A DNA stretch of 64,000 nucleotides from Candidatus Obscuribacteraceae bacterium. GTDB taxonomy: Bacteria; Cyanobacteriota; Vampirovibrionia; Obscuribacterales; Obscuribacteraceae. A model generated the notes under the pieces. It saw only the letters and a program-made list of their open reading frames with translations. It had not been told where the DNA came from and searched no databases. The DNA is taken from NCBI GenBank assembly GCA_044229845.1, contig JBGASG010000001.1, forward strand, positions 160,001-224,000. Reading direction: 5' to 3'. Below, piece after piece: positions 47,115 through 58,644 of the stretch (positions are counted from its first letter, which is position 1; every line of letters begins with the position of its first letter). The position numbers and the translations under genes are program-made.

Positions 47115-48725
47115 TCAGCTGCCGGCCAGCGCATCTGCTGCATGGCTGTGGCGGCTGAGAATGGTTAATTTTGCCGGCTCAGTCAGGTGCGACCAGGGCA
47201 ACGTTTCGTCATATGGAATTGTCCTGAAAATGTAGAAGTCAGCTGGCGGACAGTCGTCCGGCAGATTTTTCAGAGCACGCTTCCAAGATCCCAGATTGGC
47301 GGCCGAGTCGGCGACTGCCACCAATATTGGTGTCAAGCGTCGATCCCCCCGCGAAAGCAGTGTCTGAACATCGCTCCAGTTATGGCTTTCCGGGCGTACC
47401 TCTATGCCTATTTTTGACAGGTGCTTGCGCAGATATTCGATCTTCTTAGCGCAGTGGCGATCACGGCCAGCCCACTGAAAAGGTGTTTGTGCTTTAGGCA
47501 CGAAGGAACTGATGCCGAATGTGAAGCGCAGCTGTTTGTGTTTCTTCTTGAGAGTCGTGAGCAACTTCAGGGTTTCGTCGAGATCTGTCTGGTTCTCACC
47601 AGGCAGACCGACGATGCCGTAGAATTTCACTGCCTGTAGTCCGCTGGCGGCGATCAGATCCAGAGCTTCGTAGATTTGTGTCTGCGTCAGGTTCTTTTTC
47701 ATGATCGATCGCAGTCGCTCCGAGCCTGATTCCAGCGCGATAGTGACGGATTTCTGCCCGAGCTTGACCAGCATGCCGAGGACGGTTTGATCAATTGTGT
47801 CGATGCGAATCGAGGCCACTGAGATCTGCAGGTTGTTGCGCCGGAGCAATTCTTGCGCAATCGAGTCGAAGTGCTGGTGCTCAGTGACTGATGGGCCCAG
47901 AAGACCGACTTTACGCGTGTGCTTTAGACCGAGATCGATCTTGCTCATTAGTGTCTCGACGTTGGCACCGCGGAATGGGCGTGTCAAGTAGCTGGCCAGG
48001 CAAAAACGACATTCTTGCGGGCAACTGCGCACCACCTCGACCAGAAACATATCGTTCCAGGCGCTGTCCTTGGCGAGGACGACCGAGTGTGCGACATAAT
48101 CAGACGGCGGTTGAAAGGCGAACCGCTTCACCGTGCCCGGCACCGCAGGCGCAATCGGCTCGATGGCGGCGATGGGTCCGGCTGGCGATTCCAGTTTGTA
48201 CCGGTAGAGGCTGGGGATGTACAGCCCTTCGACGGTGGACAGGTGGGCGAGTCGTGCTGCCCTTTCCGGCAATCGGCGCGCTGTTTTCCATGCTTCCAGG
48301 AGACGGGGAATAGTTTCTTCCGCATCACCCATCAGGACGACGTCGAAGAAGTCGGCAAAGGGTTCCGGATTGGCTGACAGAGCCGGGCCACCGGCGAAGA
48401 CCAGTGCCTGGTCTTCGGTGCGTTCGCTGGACAACCAGGGGATGCCAGCTTCCTTGAGCATGGCGAGGATGTTGCCGTAGTCGAGCTCCCAGGACAGTGT
48501 AAAGCCGAAGAGGTCGCTGGACTGCCAGCCCTCTTGCTTCAAGTCGCTGAACGCCCGATAAACCGTGACGTCTGGATTTTGCTCCAGCAACCACCAGATG
48601 AGCTGATAGCCCAGCCCGGCCATGCCGACTTGATATTTGTTGGGATATCCCCAGGTAACGCTTATCTCCGACGTCCCTTTGTGGGGCGCCGGCAAAACGA
48701 GTTGTTCTCCTGGAAATAACTGCAC
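47115..48725 (-). CDS. B12-binding-domain radical SAM protein
   Basis: YPN.Y.VGM..LG, EVVRSCPQECRFC (CxxxCxxC), ESGSERLR and FVPKAQTPFQW. Confidence 0.92.
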   Translation of the reverse strand: MQLFPGEQLVLPAPHKGTSEISVTWGYPNKYQVGMAGLGYQLIWWLLEQNPDVTVYRAFSDLKQEGWQSSDLFGFTLSWELDYGNILAMLKEAGIPWLSSERTEDQALVFAGGPALSANPEPFADFFDVVLMGDAEETIPRLLEAWKTARRLPERAARLAHLSTVEGLYIPSLYRYKLESPAGPIAAIEPIAPAVPGTVKRFAFQPPSDYVAHSVVLAKDSAWNDMFLVEVVRSCPQECRFCLASYLTRPFRGANVETLMSKIDLGLKHTRKVGLLGPSVTEHQHFDSIAQELLRRNNLQISVASIRIDTIDQTVLGMLVKLGQKSVTIALESGSERLRSIMKKNLTQTQIYEALDLIAASGLQAVKFYGIVGLPGENQTDLDETLKLLTTLKKKHKQLRFTFGISSFVPKAQTPFQWAGRDRHCAKKIEYLRKHLSKIGIEVRPESHNWSDVQTLLSRGDRRLTPILVAVADSAANLGSWKRALKNLPDDCPPADFYIFRTIPYDETLPWSHLTEPAKLTILSRHSHAADALAGS

Positions 48726-48764
48726 TGGAGCCTCAAGCTGCCGTCCAGTCCATATTCTAGCGCT

Positions 48765-48799
48765 AAAAATAAGCGGGCTTCCGGAGGGAAAGCCCGCTT
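48765..48799 (-). terminator. Intrinsic terminator
   Basis: AAGCGGGCTT...AAGCCCGCTT stem with a minus-strand AUUUUU tail. Confidence 0.65.
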
Positions 48800-48874
48800 G
48801 GAGGAGGACTCGATGGAACAGGTGGGATGAGAAAGACTAGTCGGGACAGCGCCTGATGCCGTTCGGCACCATAT

Positions 48875-49309
48875 TTAGTGGCGTATCGGTTGTTGACGCA
48901 GCCTGGAGATCTTTGGCAGGTTGGCTGACCAATCATCACCCAAACCTTGCACAAACTGGTGCGCGTTGAGAACATCGTCGTAGCTGATTGCCGGTTGATT
49001 TGACAAGCGCTCTATGTCGCGCTTTGACCAATCAGTAGGGAACAGAGGGGCTTCTTGCTTGGCCGGTTGTCCAGCAAACGGATCGTTAGTTTTGCTCAAT
49101 CCGATCAAAGCGGTGCCAAGTGGTTGGTGGCATTTTGAACAGGTGATGCGCACCACATAAGCACCAGGTTCTTCCCGGACGAGTTGGATACCTTCGGCAG
49201 CATATCGACTGGTGCAATGCCGGCAATGACGCCGTTGAAAGTAGTCTTGCACTGCTTCGAAACTGCCTGGATAGGGGCCGTTTTGAACGTCTCCGTCGTG
49301 AGATGACAT
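48875..49309 (-). CDS. Hypothetical zinc-ribbon protein
   Basis: CRHC...CSKC and a C-terminal ISYDDVL.AH.F motif. Confidence 0.75.
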   Translation of the reverse strand: MSSHDGDVQNGPYPGSFEAVQDYFQRRHCRHCTSRYAAEGIQLVREEPGAYVVRITCSKCHQPLGTALIGLSKTNDPFAGQPAKQEAPLFPTDWSKRDIERLSNQPAISYDDVLNAHQFVQGLGDDWSANLPKISRLRQQPIRH

Positions 49310-49809
49310 GTGTAACCGCTTTCTAGAATCTTTTTTATGGTGATACCAACTGCGGTTTCACCGGAATTTTGCTGAACGGTGTCTTAGTCAAAAAATTATA
49401 CTCAAACTTTGGATTACGCAAGCATTTTCTAGAAAAAATTTTGGTGGCAAATGAATATCGCATTTGGTGGCATGCATTTTGTATATTCGAGCGGAGATGC
49501 TCATTCCATGAGGAGATCAAAGGGATGCCACCATTTCAGTAGCGGATATGTGGTGGCTCTCACACTAGCACTAGTGGTGGTGCCCAAGAGTGATACCACC
49601 TACGATGCCATGCGGAAGTATGTGTCGTATATTTATCGGAATGATTTCGAGCCATTAGCGAGGCACCAAAATGATCGTCCGCGATATTTGCATATATAAG
49701 CCACTAGTTTGATGCCGGCAGCGACTTATACATCGAGTCGCTGATGTCGGATCGACTACCGGCTGTCAGGTCTGCTTACAACTTGTTATAAGCTGGCGCC
49801 CTGCACTGA

Positions 49810-51240
<1,431 letters not shown>

Positions 51241-52011
51241 TTATTTAGAACGAGCGTAAGAAAGAGTTTGCATCGGCTCAACGCGCTTCAGCACTGATTG
51301 CGTGGTGTAGGTGCCGATGTATTGACCGTTGACATACTGCTCGACCCGGCTGGTAGCGACCAGCTGGTCGCTGGAGATTTGCGTGTAGCGGTCGCGCGAG
51401 CTGGCGGTCCAGCTGCCGTCGCAGTACTGGTTGAGACGGCGCGTGCTGGCATGGTTTTCGCCTTTGACGCGCAGGCTGGTGAGCGTGGAGGTCCAGCCTG
51501 ACTGGCTCCAGATCATAGAGACCAGACCTTGAGGTGATTTGACAAAGTTGACCTGCGAGCGAATGTGTTGTCCGGGCACCACATCAGGCACCGCAGATGA
51601 CACCACGATGCTTTCGCATTGCCATTCGCCTGCGAAGGAGACCGGAAAGGTATTGCTGGGATGGCAGCGCGGTCTGGCAGCACCTGTGTTGTCTGTCTGC
51701 ACTGCTGCGGCGGAGAAGGAGGCGGGACCAATAGCGGGGGCGGTAATGGCGGGAGCAGCCGGTTCAATCGCCGATGCGGTGAATGTATTGTCTTCCGGCA
51801 GGGGCAATTCTTCAGGCTGGGGAGCCAGCGTGGTGGTTTTGGCGAGCATCGGCTTCAGTTCAGTGACGTGGGCGTCGCCTTTGAGTGTGAGTGCGTGCGC
51901 CGGCGATGAGAGCAGAAGAGCGATGGCTGCGGTCAAACAAGCCAATGCGGCAAGCAGCAGGAGTGTTTCTTTGACTGCGTTGTTTTGATCGGTTTGTTCG
52001 AAGGATGCCAT
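51241..52011 (-). CDS. Hypothetical secreted protein
   Basis: Hydrophobic signal ending AHA; beta-rich C-terminal domain. Confidence 0.7.
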   Translation of the reverse strand: MASFEQTDQNNAVKETLLLLAALACLTAAIALLLSSPAHALTLKGDAHVTELKPMLAKTTTLAPQPEELPLPEDNTFTASAIEPAAPAITAPAIGPASFSAAAVQTDNTGAARPRCHPSNTFPVSFAGEWQCESIVVSSAVPDVVPGQHIRSQVNFVKSPQGLVSMIWSQSGWTSTLTSLRVKGENHASTRRLNQYCDGSWTASSRDRYTQISSDQLVATSRVEQYVNGQYIGTYTTQSVLKRVEPMQTLSYARSK

Positions 52012-52223
52012 TTGCTTAGATTCCGTTCTAGTAAAGGGTTGCCAAGAGGAAGCCGACAGCTGGATCTAGTCGTCCCTGCTGCGGTTTCTAAGTTCCAAGA
52101 AGCTCTCTCTAGCTATCTTGTGCCCTTGTGAACAAAACTTTAAACTTTCGATGGTTGAATTGCAAGCATGAATGTGTTAGTCGCCGGTGGGCTTAATGGA
52201 TGTCCACAAGTACCGCACTGTGA

Positions 52224-53564
<1,341 letters not shown>

Positions 53565-53600
53565 GCTGGGCACACGTAGCTGGCAGAGATCAATACATAA

Positions 53601-53633
53601 AGAGGGAGGCGGTGTCCGCCTCCCTCTTTCTCT
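53601..53633 (+). terminator. Intrinsic terminator after ahcY
   Basis: AGAGGGAGGCGG-TGT-CCGCCTCCCTCT followed by a pyrimidine tail. Confidence 0.8.
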
Positions 53634-53745
53634 CGGTACAACTCGGCTTTCAAGGGTCCCGGCGAGACGGTCAGTGTTGTCTGCGCGAGACAGGCTTTAG
53701 TATGTCTGGGTTGGGTAAATCTTTGATGTTCTGCAATGCGGCAAC

Positions 53746-53854
53746 GTAAGCCTTTTGTAAATGCTCCGGTGAAGAGTCGCTTGTACAGCCGGACTTGATC
53801 GATAGCTCTACAAAGCCCTTACAAATCTGGGGCCCGACACATAAAACCTTTACG
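53746..53854 (+). promoter_or_regulatory. Candidate OmpR/CpxR-type binding boxes upstream of the secretin
   Basis: GTAAG-N6-GTAAA at 53746-53761; CTCTAC-N6-CTTACAAATC-N20-CTTTACG at 53806-53854. Confidence 0.6.
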
Positions 53855-53930
53855 CCACTAGGAAATATTAGAGCAGGCCGATTCTGCAGGATCGGTCAAG
53901 TCTCCCTGGTAGCGGAAAGAAAGTAGAATC

Positions 53931-55865
53931 ATGATCAAGCCTTCGCTGAACGCAGTGGCACTGTCAGTGTCTCTCGGACTGTTCACTCTGGTTGCGCAAC
54001 CCTGTTTTGCAGATGCAAGTAGCGCCCCGCCCGTATCGAGCTCGCCAGTTCTGGCTCCCGATCAACTTGTGGCGCAGGCTGATGCCAACGCCACTCCCAT
54101 ACCACCCGTAGTGAGCGGCACAGTTGATCTGGAAGAGTTCAAGCCCAGCAATACCATTGATCTGAAGGTCTCGCAATCCAGGACATTCAAGCTAAGAAAC
54201 AAGGTCATTCGCACGTCGATAAGTGACCCTTCCATCGCTGAGCCGGTCGTGGTCGCCGAAAATCAGCTAGTCATGTTGGGAAAGGCGCCGGGCGGAGCTA
54301 CTCTCGTAATCTGGGACGATGCCGGCAACTCAGTGGCGATTGATGTAAGAGTCGCCCGCGACTTTGCCAGTCTGCAATCTATTATTCGAGAAATCGATCC
54401 ACGCATAATTGTGCGCACGTTCTCGGTGGGCGGTAGCGATCGCCTGATCATGATGGGTGATGTCGATCACCCGGAATCCGTGATCCGCGCCTTTGCGGCA
54501 GCCAATGCCTTCATGGACGACAGAGGCATGAACATCATCGTTGCGGGCAGCCGCATCATGGACAAGAGAATCGGCGAAACTGGCGGAACCTCTCAGGGTG
54601 GTCAGCAGGCCGGTACGTTGTCTACCATTGGTCAGACCGACCGCTATACGTTTTTTGGCAATCAAAGTAATAACATCTCCCGCGCCCAGAGCATTGTCAG
54701 TGATGGCGGGCGTGTGACCAGTCTGGTGCGCATACGCAAAGCGCCATTGATTGTCTTGCACTGCACTTTCATGGAAATGAACTCTGCTGCCGTGCGCGAG
54801 CTTGGTGTGCAGCTTGGAGTCGCCTTTACCAGTGACACATTCACCTTCGGGATCGGCGGCAACAACGCCTCCGGAGTCAGCCTTTTGCAGAGCTTTGGGC
54901 AAACGGCTACTGCCGGCTCGTTGAGCACCGCCCCGGTGACTCTTGGTTCTTACTCATCGGTTACCACGGCTGGTGGTACCACCAATCAAAACACAGGCAT
55001 CGGACAGGGTGTGCTCAATGGTGCCCCACCGCTATTGAACGGCACCACTCTCTTTGGTATTCCTGGTGGTGCTACGTTTAACTCCGCTGGCGGGCTGGCT
55101 AATTTGTTTACCGCAGTATCTAACTTCGCCAGCGGCAACAACTCGCGTTGGTCCATTAGTCCCACGCTCCAGGGAGTGATCACACATTCGAGGGCCAGAG
55201 TTCTATCCGAGCCGACGCTGGTGACGATATCCGGCGAGCGGGCAGCTTTCTTGGCGGGCGGGGAGATTCCTATCTTGCAATCGATTGCCACCGCCGGCAC
55301 CGCGGCGCAGTCGGTGGTCTTCGAGCCATTTGGCATGAGACTGAATATGATCCCGATCCTGCTTGAGAATGGCACCATCAATCTGCAAGTCTCACCGGAA
55401 GAACGATTGCTGGACCGTTCCAATGCTCTGAACCTATTTGGTACCGGCACCTCTGCGATTCCAGCTTTTGTGACGCGACGCACGCAAACCACGGTCGAAC
55501 TAAAACCAGGACAAGAACTATTCATCTCTGGATTGGTGTCGAGCAACCATGGACGAGAATTGACCAAGACTCCGATCATCGGGGAAGTGCCCGTTTTAGG
55601 CGCTCTCTACCGGTCAAAAGCGTTCTCTAAGAATGAGTCGGAACTGGTGGTGGCAGTGCGTCCGGAAGTCATCTTGCCTGGTACCCCAGGACAGCTGAAG
55701 TTGCCGGAAGAGATCAGCAAGGTGGAAGGACCTCGCGACACCAACATTCTCCAGGTTGAACCAACAGTTCTGGACGAGAGATACATGCGCACCGGACGCT
55801 CCGAAAGGACTCTGGCACTGCCTGGAACGCTGCCTCCTGACGCCCCGGTGCCGGACAACAAGTAG
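53931..55865 (+). CDS. Flp/Tad pilus assembly secretin (CpaC/RcpA-like)
   Basis: Signal peptide; T2SS-T3SS_pil_N-like SDPSIA...GKAPG.ATL.IWD; secretin ARVLSEPTL..SGE.A.FLAGGEIP and P.IGEVPVLGALYRS. Confidence 0.9.
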   Translation: MIKPSLNAVALSVSLGLFTLVAQPCFADASSAPPVSSSPVLAPDQLVAQADANATPIPPVVSGTVDLEEFKPSNTIDLKVSQSRTFKLRNKVIRTSISDPSIAEPVVVAENQLVMLGKAPGGATLVIWDDAGNSVAIDVRVARDFASLQSIIREIDPRIIVRTFSVGGSDRLIMMGDVDHPESVIRAFAAANAFMDDRGMNIIVAGSRIMDKRIGETGGTSQGGQQAGTLSTIGQTDRYTFFGNQSNNISRAQSIVSDGGRVTSLVRIRKAPLIVLHCTFMEMNSAAVRELGVQLGVAFTSDTFTFGIGGNNASGVSLLQSFGQTATAGSLSTAPVTLGSYSSVTTAGGTTNQNTGIGQGVLNGAPPLLNGTTLFGIPGGATFNSAGGLANLFTAVSNFASGNNSRWSISPTLQGVITHSRARVLSEPTLVTISGERAAFLAGGEIPILQSIATAGTAAQSVVFEPFGMRLNMIPILLENGTINLQVSPEERLLDRSNALNLFGTGTSAIPAFVTRRTQTTVELKPGQELFISGLVSSNHGRELTKTPIIGEVPVLGALYRSKAFSKNESELVVAVRPEVILPGTPGQLKLPEEISKVEGPRDTNILQVEPTVLDERYMRTGRSERTLALPGTLPPDAPVPDNK

Positions 55866-55878
55866 GGTGGACAATTTG

Positions 55879-56148
55879 ATGAACGCTGAAAGCACTGACA
55901 TTCACAGATATTTGGGGCAAGTGATCGTCGAAAGGCGCCAGAAAGCCGGGTGGAGCCAGCGCGAGCTGAGTTTGTACGCCGGAATCCATCGTACTTATGT
56001 GAGCGATATAGAACGCGGCACTCGCAACATTACTGTGTCTGTATTAGAACGCGTCGCCAACGCATTGCAGGTGAGGATGGCAGTGCTATTTCGTGATGCG
56101 GAAGCAGCTCGCAGACGGGACTCCAAAGGACACGGGAAAGTTAGTTAG
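55879..56148 (+). CDS. XRE-family helix-turn-helix regulator
   Basis: SQRELS..AGIHRTYVSDIERGTRNIT...L..VA.AL. Confidence 0.9.
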   Translation: MNAESTDIHRYLGQVIVERRQKAGWSQRELSLYAGIHRTYVSDIERGTRNITVSVLERVANALQVRMAVLFRDAEAARRRDSKGHGKVS

Positions 56149-56166
56149 TTAGTTAGTTAGTTAGTT
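56139..56166 (+). repeat. Tetranucleotide simple sequence repeat (AGTT)7
   Basis: Seven perfect AGTT units spanning the XRE stop codon. Confidence 0.95.
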
Positions 56167-56209
56167 GATCGCTCCGCCACTTCATTCCCATTTTACACAT
56201 CAAATTCAT

Positions 56210-56821
56210 ATGCACATCAGGTATTTACAGTTATCAGCGATACTCTGTTTCAGCTGCTGCTGTTGGACCTCTGAGGTCTTTGCCGCAAACCAAGAACTTC
56301 CTCAACAGCCGCAGCAAATTAGTAAACCGCGCGTCAGCTCAGCGCGCCCTGAAAAAAACCCTCGTATGCTGCTGATTCAAGGGTGGCATGCGAACCAGAA
56401 CGGAGACTACGCGCTGGGCGCACAACTGGCAACCAGAGCACTGGCAATCGACACGCACGAGATCGATGCTCATCTGGTTCTTGCTCAGGCACTCCAGGGC
56501 ACTTACGAAGAACAAACCGAGAAGGACGAGTCGCTTCTGCTTCAGTGCATGCGGGAATGGCTGATTGTCTATCGCGCGCAAGGTGGCGAGGAAGAAGGAT
56601 TGACTGCACGCGGAGTCGGCGCCTTCACCGACATGTATGCCGACGAAGAACGCGGGCTGAATGCGAAAAAGCAAATGGTCAAGTTGACCGGCATTGCGCC
56701 CAGACTCTGGGAGACCGATGCAGCATACATGAATCGCATTGCTCGACGACGTCAGCGGAATGTGTCAGGCAAGGTGGTGAAGTCATCGCAGCAAAGGCCT
56801 GCCATCCCTGTCGATAAGTAA
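56210..56821 (+). CDS. Secreted TPR-like hypothetical protein
   Basis: Signal-like N-terminus ending VFA; one TPR-like helix pair. Start uncertain. Confidence 0.65.
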   Translation: MHIRYLQLSAILCFSCCCWTSEVFAANQELPQQPQQISKPRVSSARPEKNPRMLLIQGWHANQNGDYALGAQLATRALAIDTHEIDAHLVLAQALQGTYEEQTEKDESLLLQCMREWLIVYRAQGGEEEGLTARGVGAFTDMYADEERGLNAKKQMVKLTGIAPRLWETDAAYMNRIARRRQRNVSGKVVKSSQQRPAIPVDK

Positions 56822-56934
56822 CAATATCCACATCAGACAAATCTCAGCGTCTTTACGAAACGCTTACAATGTCCAGCGTTCGTGGATGGCGGCGGCTAGT
56901 CGCGCCATCCATTCCCCCTGTTTTGATTCGAGCC

Positions 56935-57585
56935 TTACGGCGCTGGAGGAGAGGGTCGAGAACCCGGTGGTGGCATTTGCCGAGGCAACGGCGGAATTCC
57001 AAGTTCGCGCCGATCGAGCACGTTTCTTAACTGCTTTCTTTGCGCGACTGTCAAAACCTTCATGCTGGCTATCTTTTCGTTGAACATCTCTTTGGCGACA
57101 TCGGATCTGAGCGTGCTCAGTTCATTGAATACGCGCCGCAGTGCGTCTTCATCTATTTGATCTGCGGTTGACAACCGCTCTAGTTGCGTCTGCAGGTCCA
57201 TCATCTTGCCCATCTTGGTTGCTGCTGCTGCGCGCGACTGCCGTTTGATCGCTGCCAGCTGGCTCATCTGGTCATCCGTCAGATCGGGCACGATGCCGGA
57301 GCATCCGGGACCGCCGATGCAAAAGCCCATCGGACCGAACATTGGCGGGGGTGGTGGCATTGGTAATCCGAAAGCCGGGCCGGGCGTGGGTCCGTGCATG
57401 AAAAAGGCGCGACCTCCGGGTCCGAAGCCCGGTCCACCTGGTCCTCCCTCTCCAAACGCTATTAGTTCAGCCGGCGGTACGACTACTTCTTGTTCCGTTT
57501 TGCTTGATGCCGGTGCATGCAGACTCAACGATAACGTCGCCGCCACTGCGGCAGACATCATGGGTTTTGGAATCATAAATTTCAT
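56935..57585 (-). CDS. Spy/CpxP/ZraP-family periplasmic protein
   Basis: Signal peptide, LTDDQ and LTVAQ (LTxxQ) motifs, GAGGTG SD; divergent from the two-component system. Confidence 0.85.
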   Translation of the reverse strand: MKFMIPKPMMSAAVAATLSLSLHAPASSKTEQEVVVPPAELIAFGEGGPGGPGFGPGGRAFFMHGPTPGPAFGLPMPPPPPMFGPMGFCIGGPGCSGIVPDLTDDQMSQLAAIKRQSRAAAATKMGKMMDLQTQLERLSTADQIDEDALRRVFNELSTLRSDVAKEMFNEKIASMKVLTVAQRKQLRNVLDRRELGIPPLPRQMPPPGSRPSPPAP

Positions 57586-57780
57586 AGGCACCTCTATTGC
57601 GGCATCAGGCTGGCATATAAGAACACAAGCAAAATCAGCGTGGACAGGATGTCCCAAGCGCCGATCTCGATGTCAGTTTCTGCTGTCTTCATCGCGACTA
57701 GTTCCATTCAGTTTGAAGCGGTGGTCCACCTGAGCGTATGGCTGCCCATGGCGGCCACCGAATTCACTATGTCGCACACC

Positions 57781-57835
57781 CGTAAAGACGGAGTGAGCAA
57801 AAAAAGTGATTTGTAAGGGATTAGTAAAGACGCTG
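57781..57835 (-). promoter_or_regulatory. Candidate response regulator boxes in the divergent spy/cpxR-like intergenic region
   Basis: Minus strand CTTTAC-N6-CTTACAAATC-N20-CTTTACG, which reads GTAAG-N6-GTAAA on the plus strand. Confidence 0.65.
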
Positions 57836-57921
57836 GGATGCCGTTGCGCTGAATGGATAGGCTTCCTGATGAGGTATGATCGAGCTGACCAAACTTCCGG
57901 CAACCCGCCTGAGGACAGCGC

Positions 57922-58644
57922 ATGGGCATCAATCAATCAGAATCCGGTGAAGAAACTCCACAGCTTCTTCTTGTTGATGACGACGCAAAGTATTGTCGTT
58001 TGATTGCAAATTATCTATCCACTTTTGGTTACTCAGTGCACGCGGTGCATGACGGCTCGCAAGGGATAAGTGCCGGACTCGAACACCAGTGGCACGCGAT
58101 CATGCTGGACGTGATGCTGCCGGCTGTCGATGGACTGAGTGTTTTGCAGCGCATTCGCAGCAAGTCGAGTGTGCCGATTATGATGCTTACCAATCTTGGA
58201 GATGAAGCCGATCGCATCGTCGGACTGGAGTATGGTGCTGACGATTATGTTTCGAAAACTGCTTCGCCGCGCGAACTCTTAGCCCGCCTGCGTGCGCTTT
58301 TGCGCAGAGCATCGTTTCGTCATGGTGACCACAAAACGATTACCGTTGGTCCTCTCACTATAGATACTGAGGGACACAACGTCATGCTGCATGGGGAAGT
58401 CGTGAAGTTGACTCCTGTGGAGTTTGAGATTCTTTCGTCACTGGCTGGTGCGCATGGACGGGTGAAATCGCGAGAAGATCTGCTCTCCGAGATTCGCGAT
58501 CGCAATTACGACATCTTTGATCGTTCGGTTGATGTCCACATATCAGCGCTCCGTCGCAAGCTGAATGACGATCCGCGCAATCCGCGGCTGATTCATACGG
58601 TGCGAGCGGCAGGATACAAGTTGAGCTTCACGGAAATTGCCTAA
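57922..58644 (+). CDS. OmpR-family response regulator, CpxR-like
   Basis: LLVDDD, LDVMLP, GADDY and the winged helix FDRSVDVHISALRRKL...TVR..GY. Confidence 0.93.
   Translation: MGINQSESGEETPQLLLVDDDAKYCRLIANYLSTFGYSVHAVHDGSQGISAGLEHQWHAIMLDVMLPAVDGLSVLQRIRSKSSVPIMMLTNLGDEADRIVGLEYGADDYVSKTASPRELLARLRALLRRASFRHGDHKTITVGPLTIDTEGHNVMLHGEVVKLTPVEFEILSSLAGAHGRVKSREDLLSEIRDRNYDIFDRSVDVHISALRRKLNDDPRNPRLIHTVRAAGYKLSFTEIA

Noticed and set aside
49338..49760. CRISPR array or replication origin
   Set aside because: The repeats are only 7-10 nt, irregularly spaced and in both orientations. There are no cas genes and no DnaA-box cluster.
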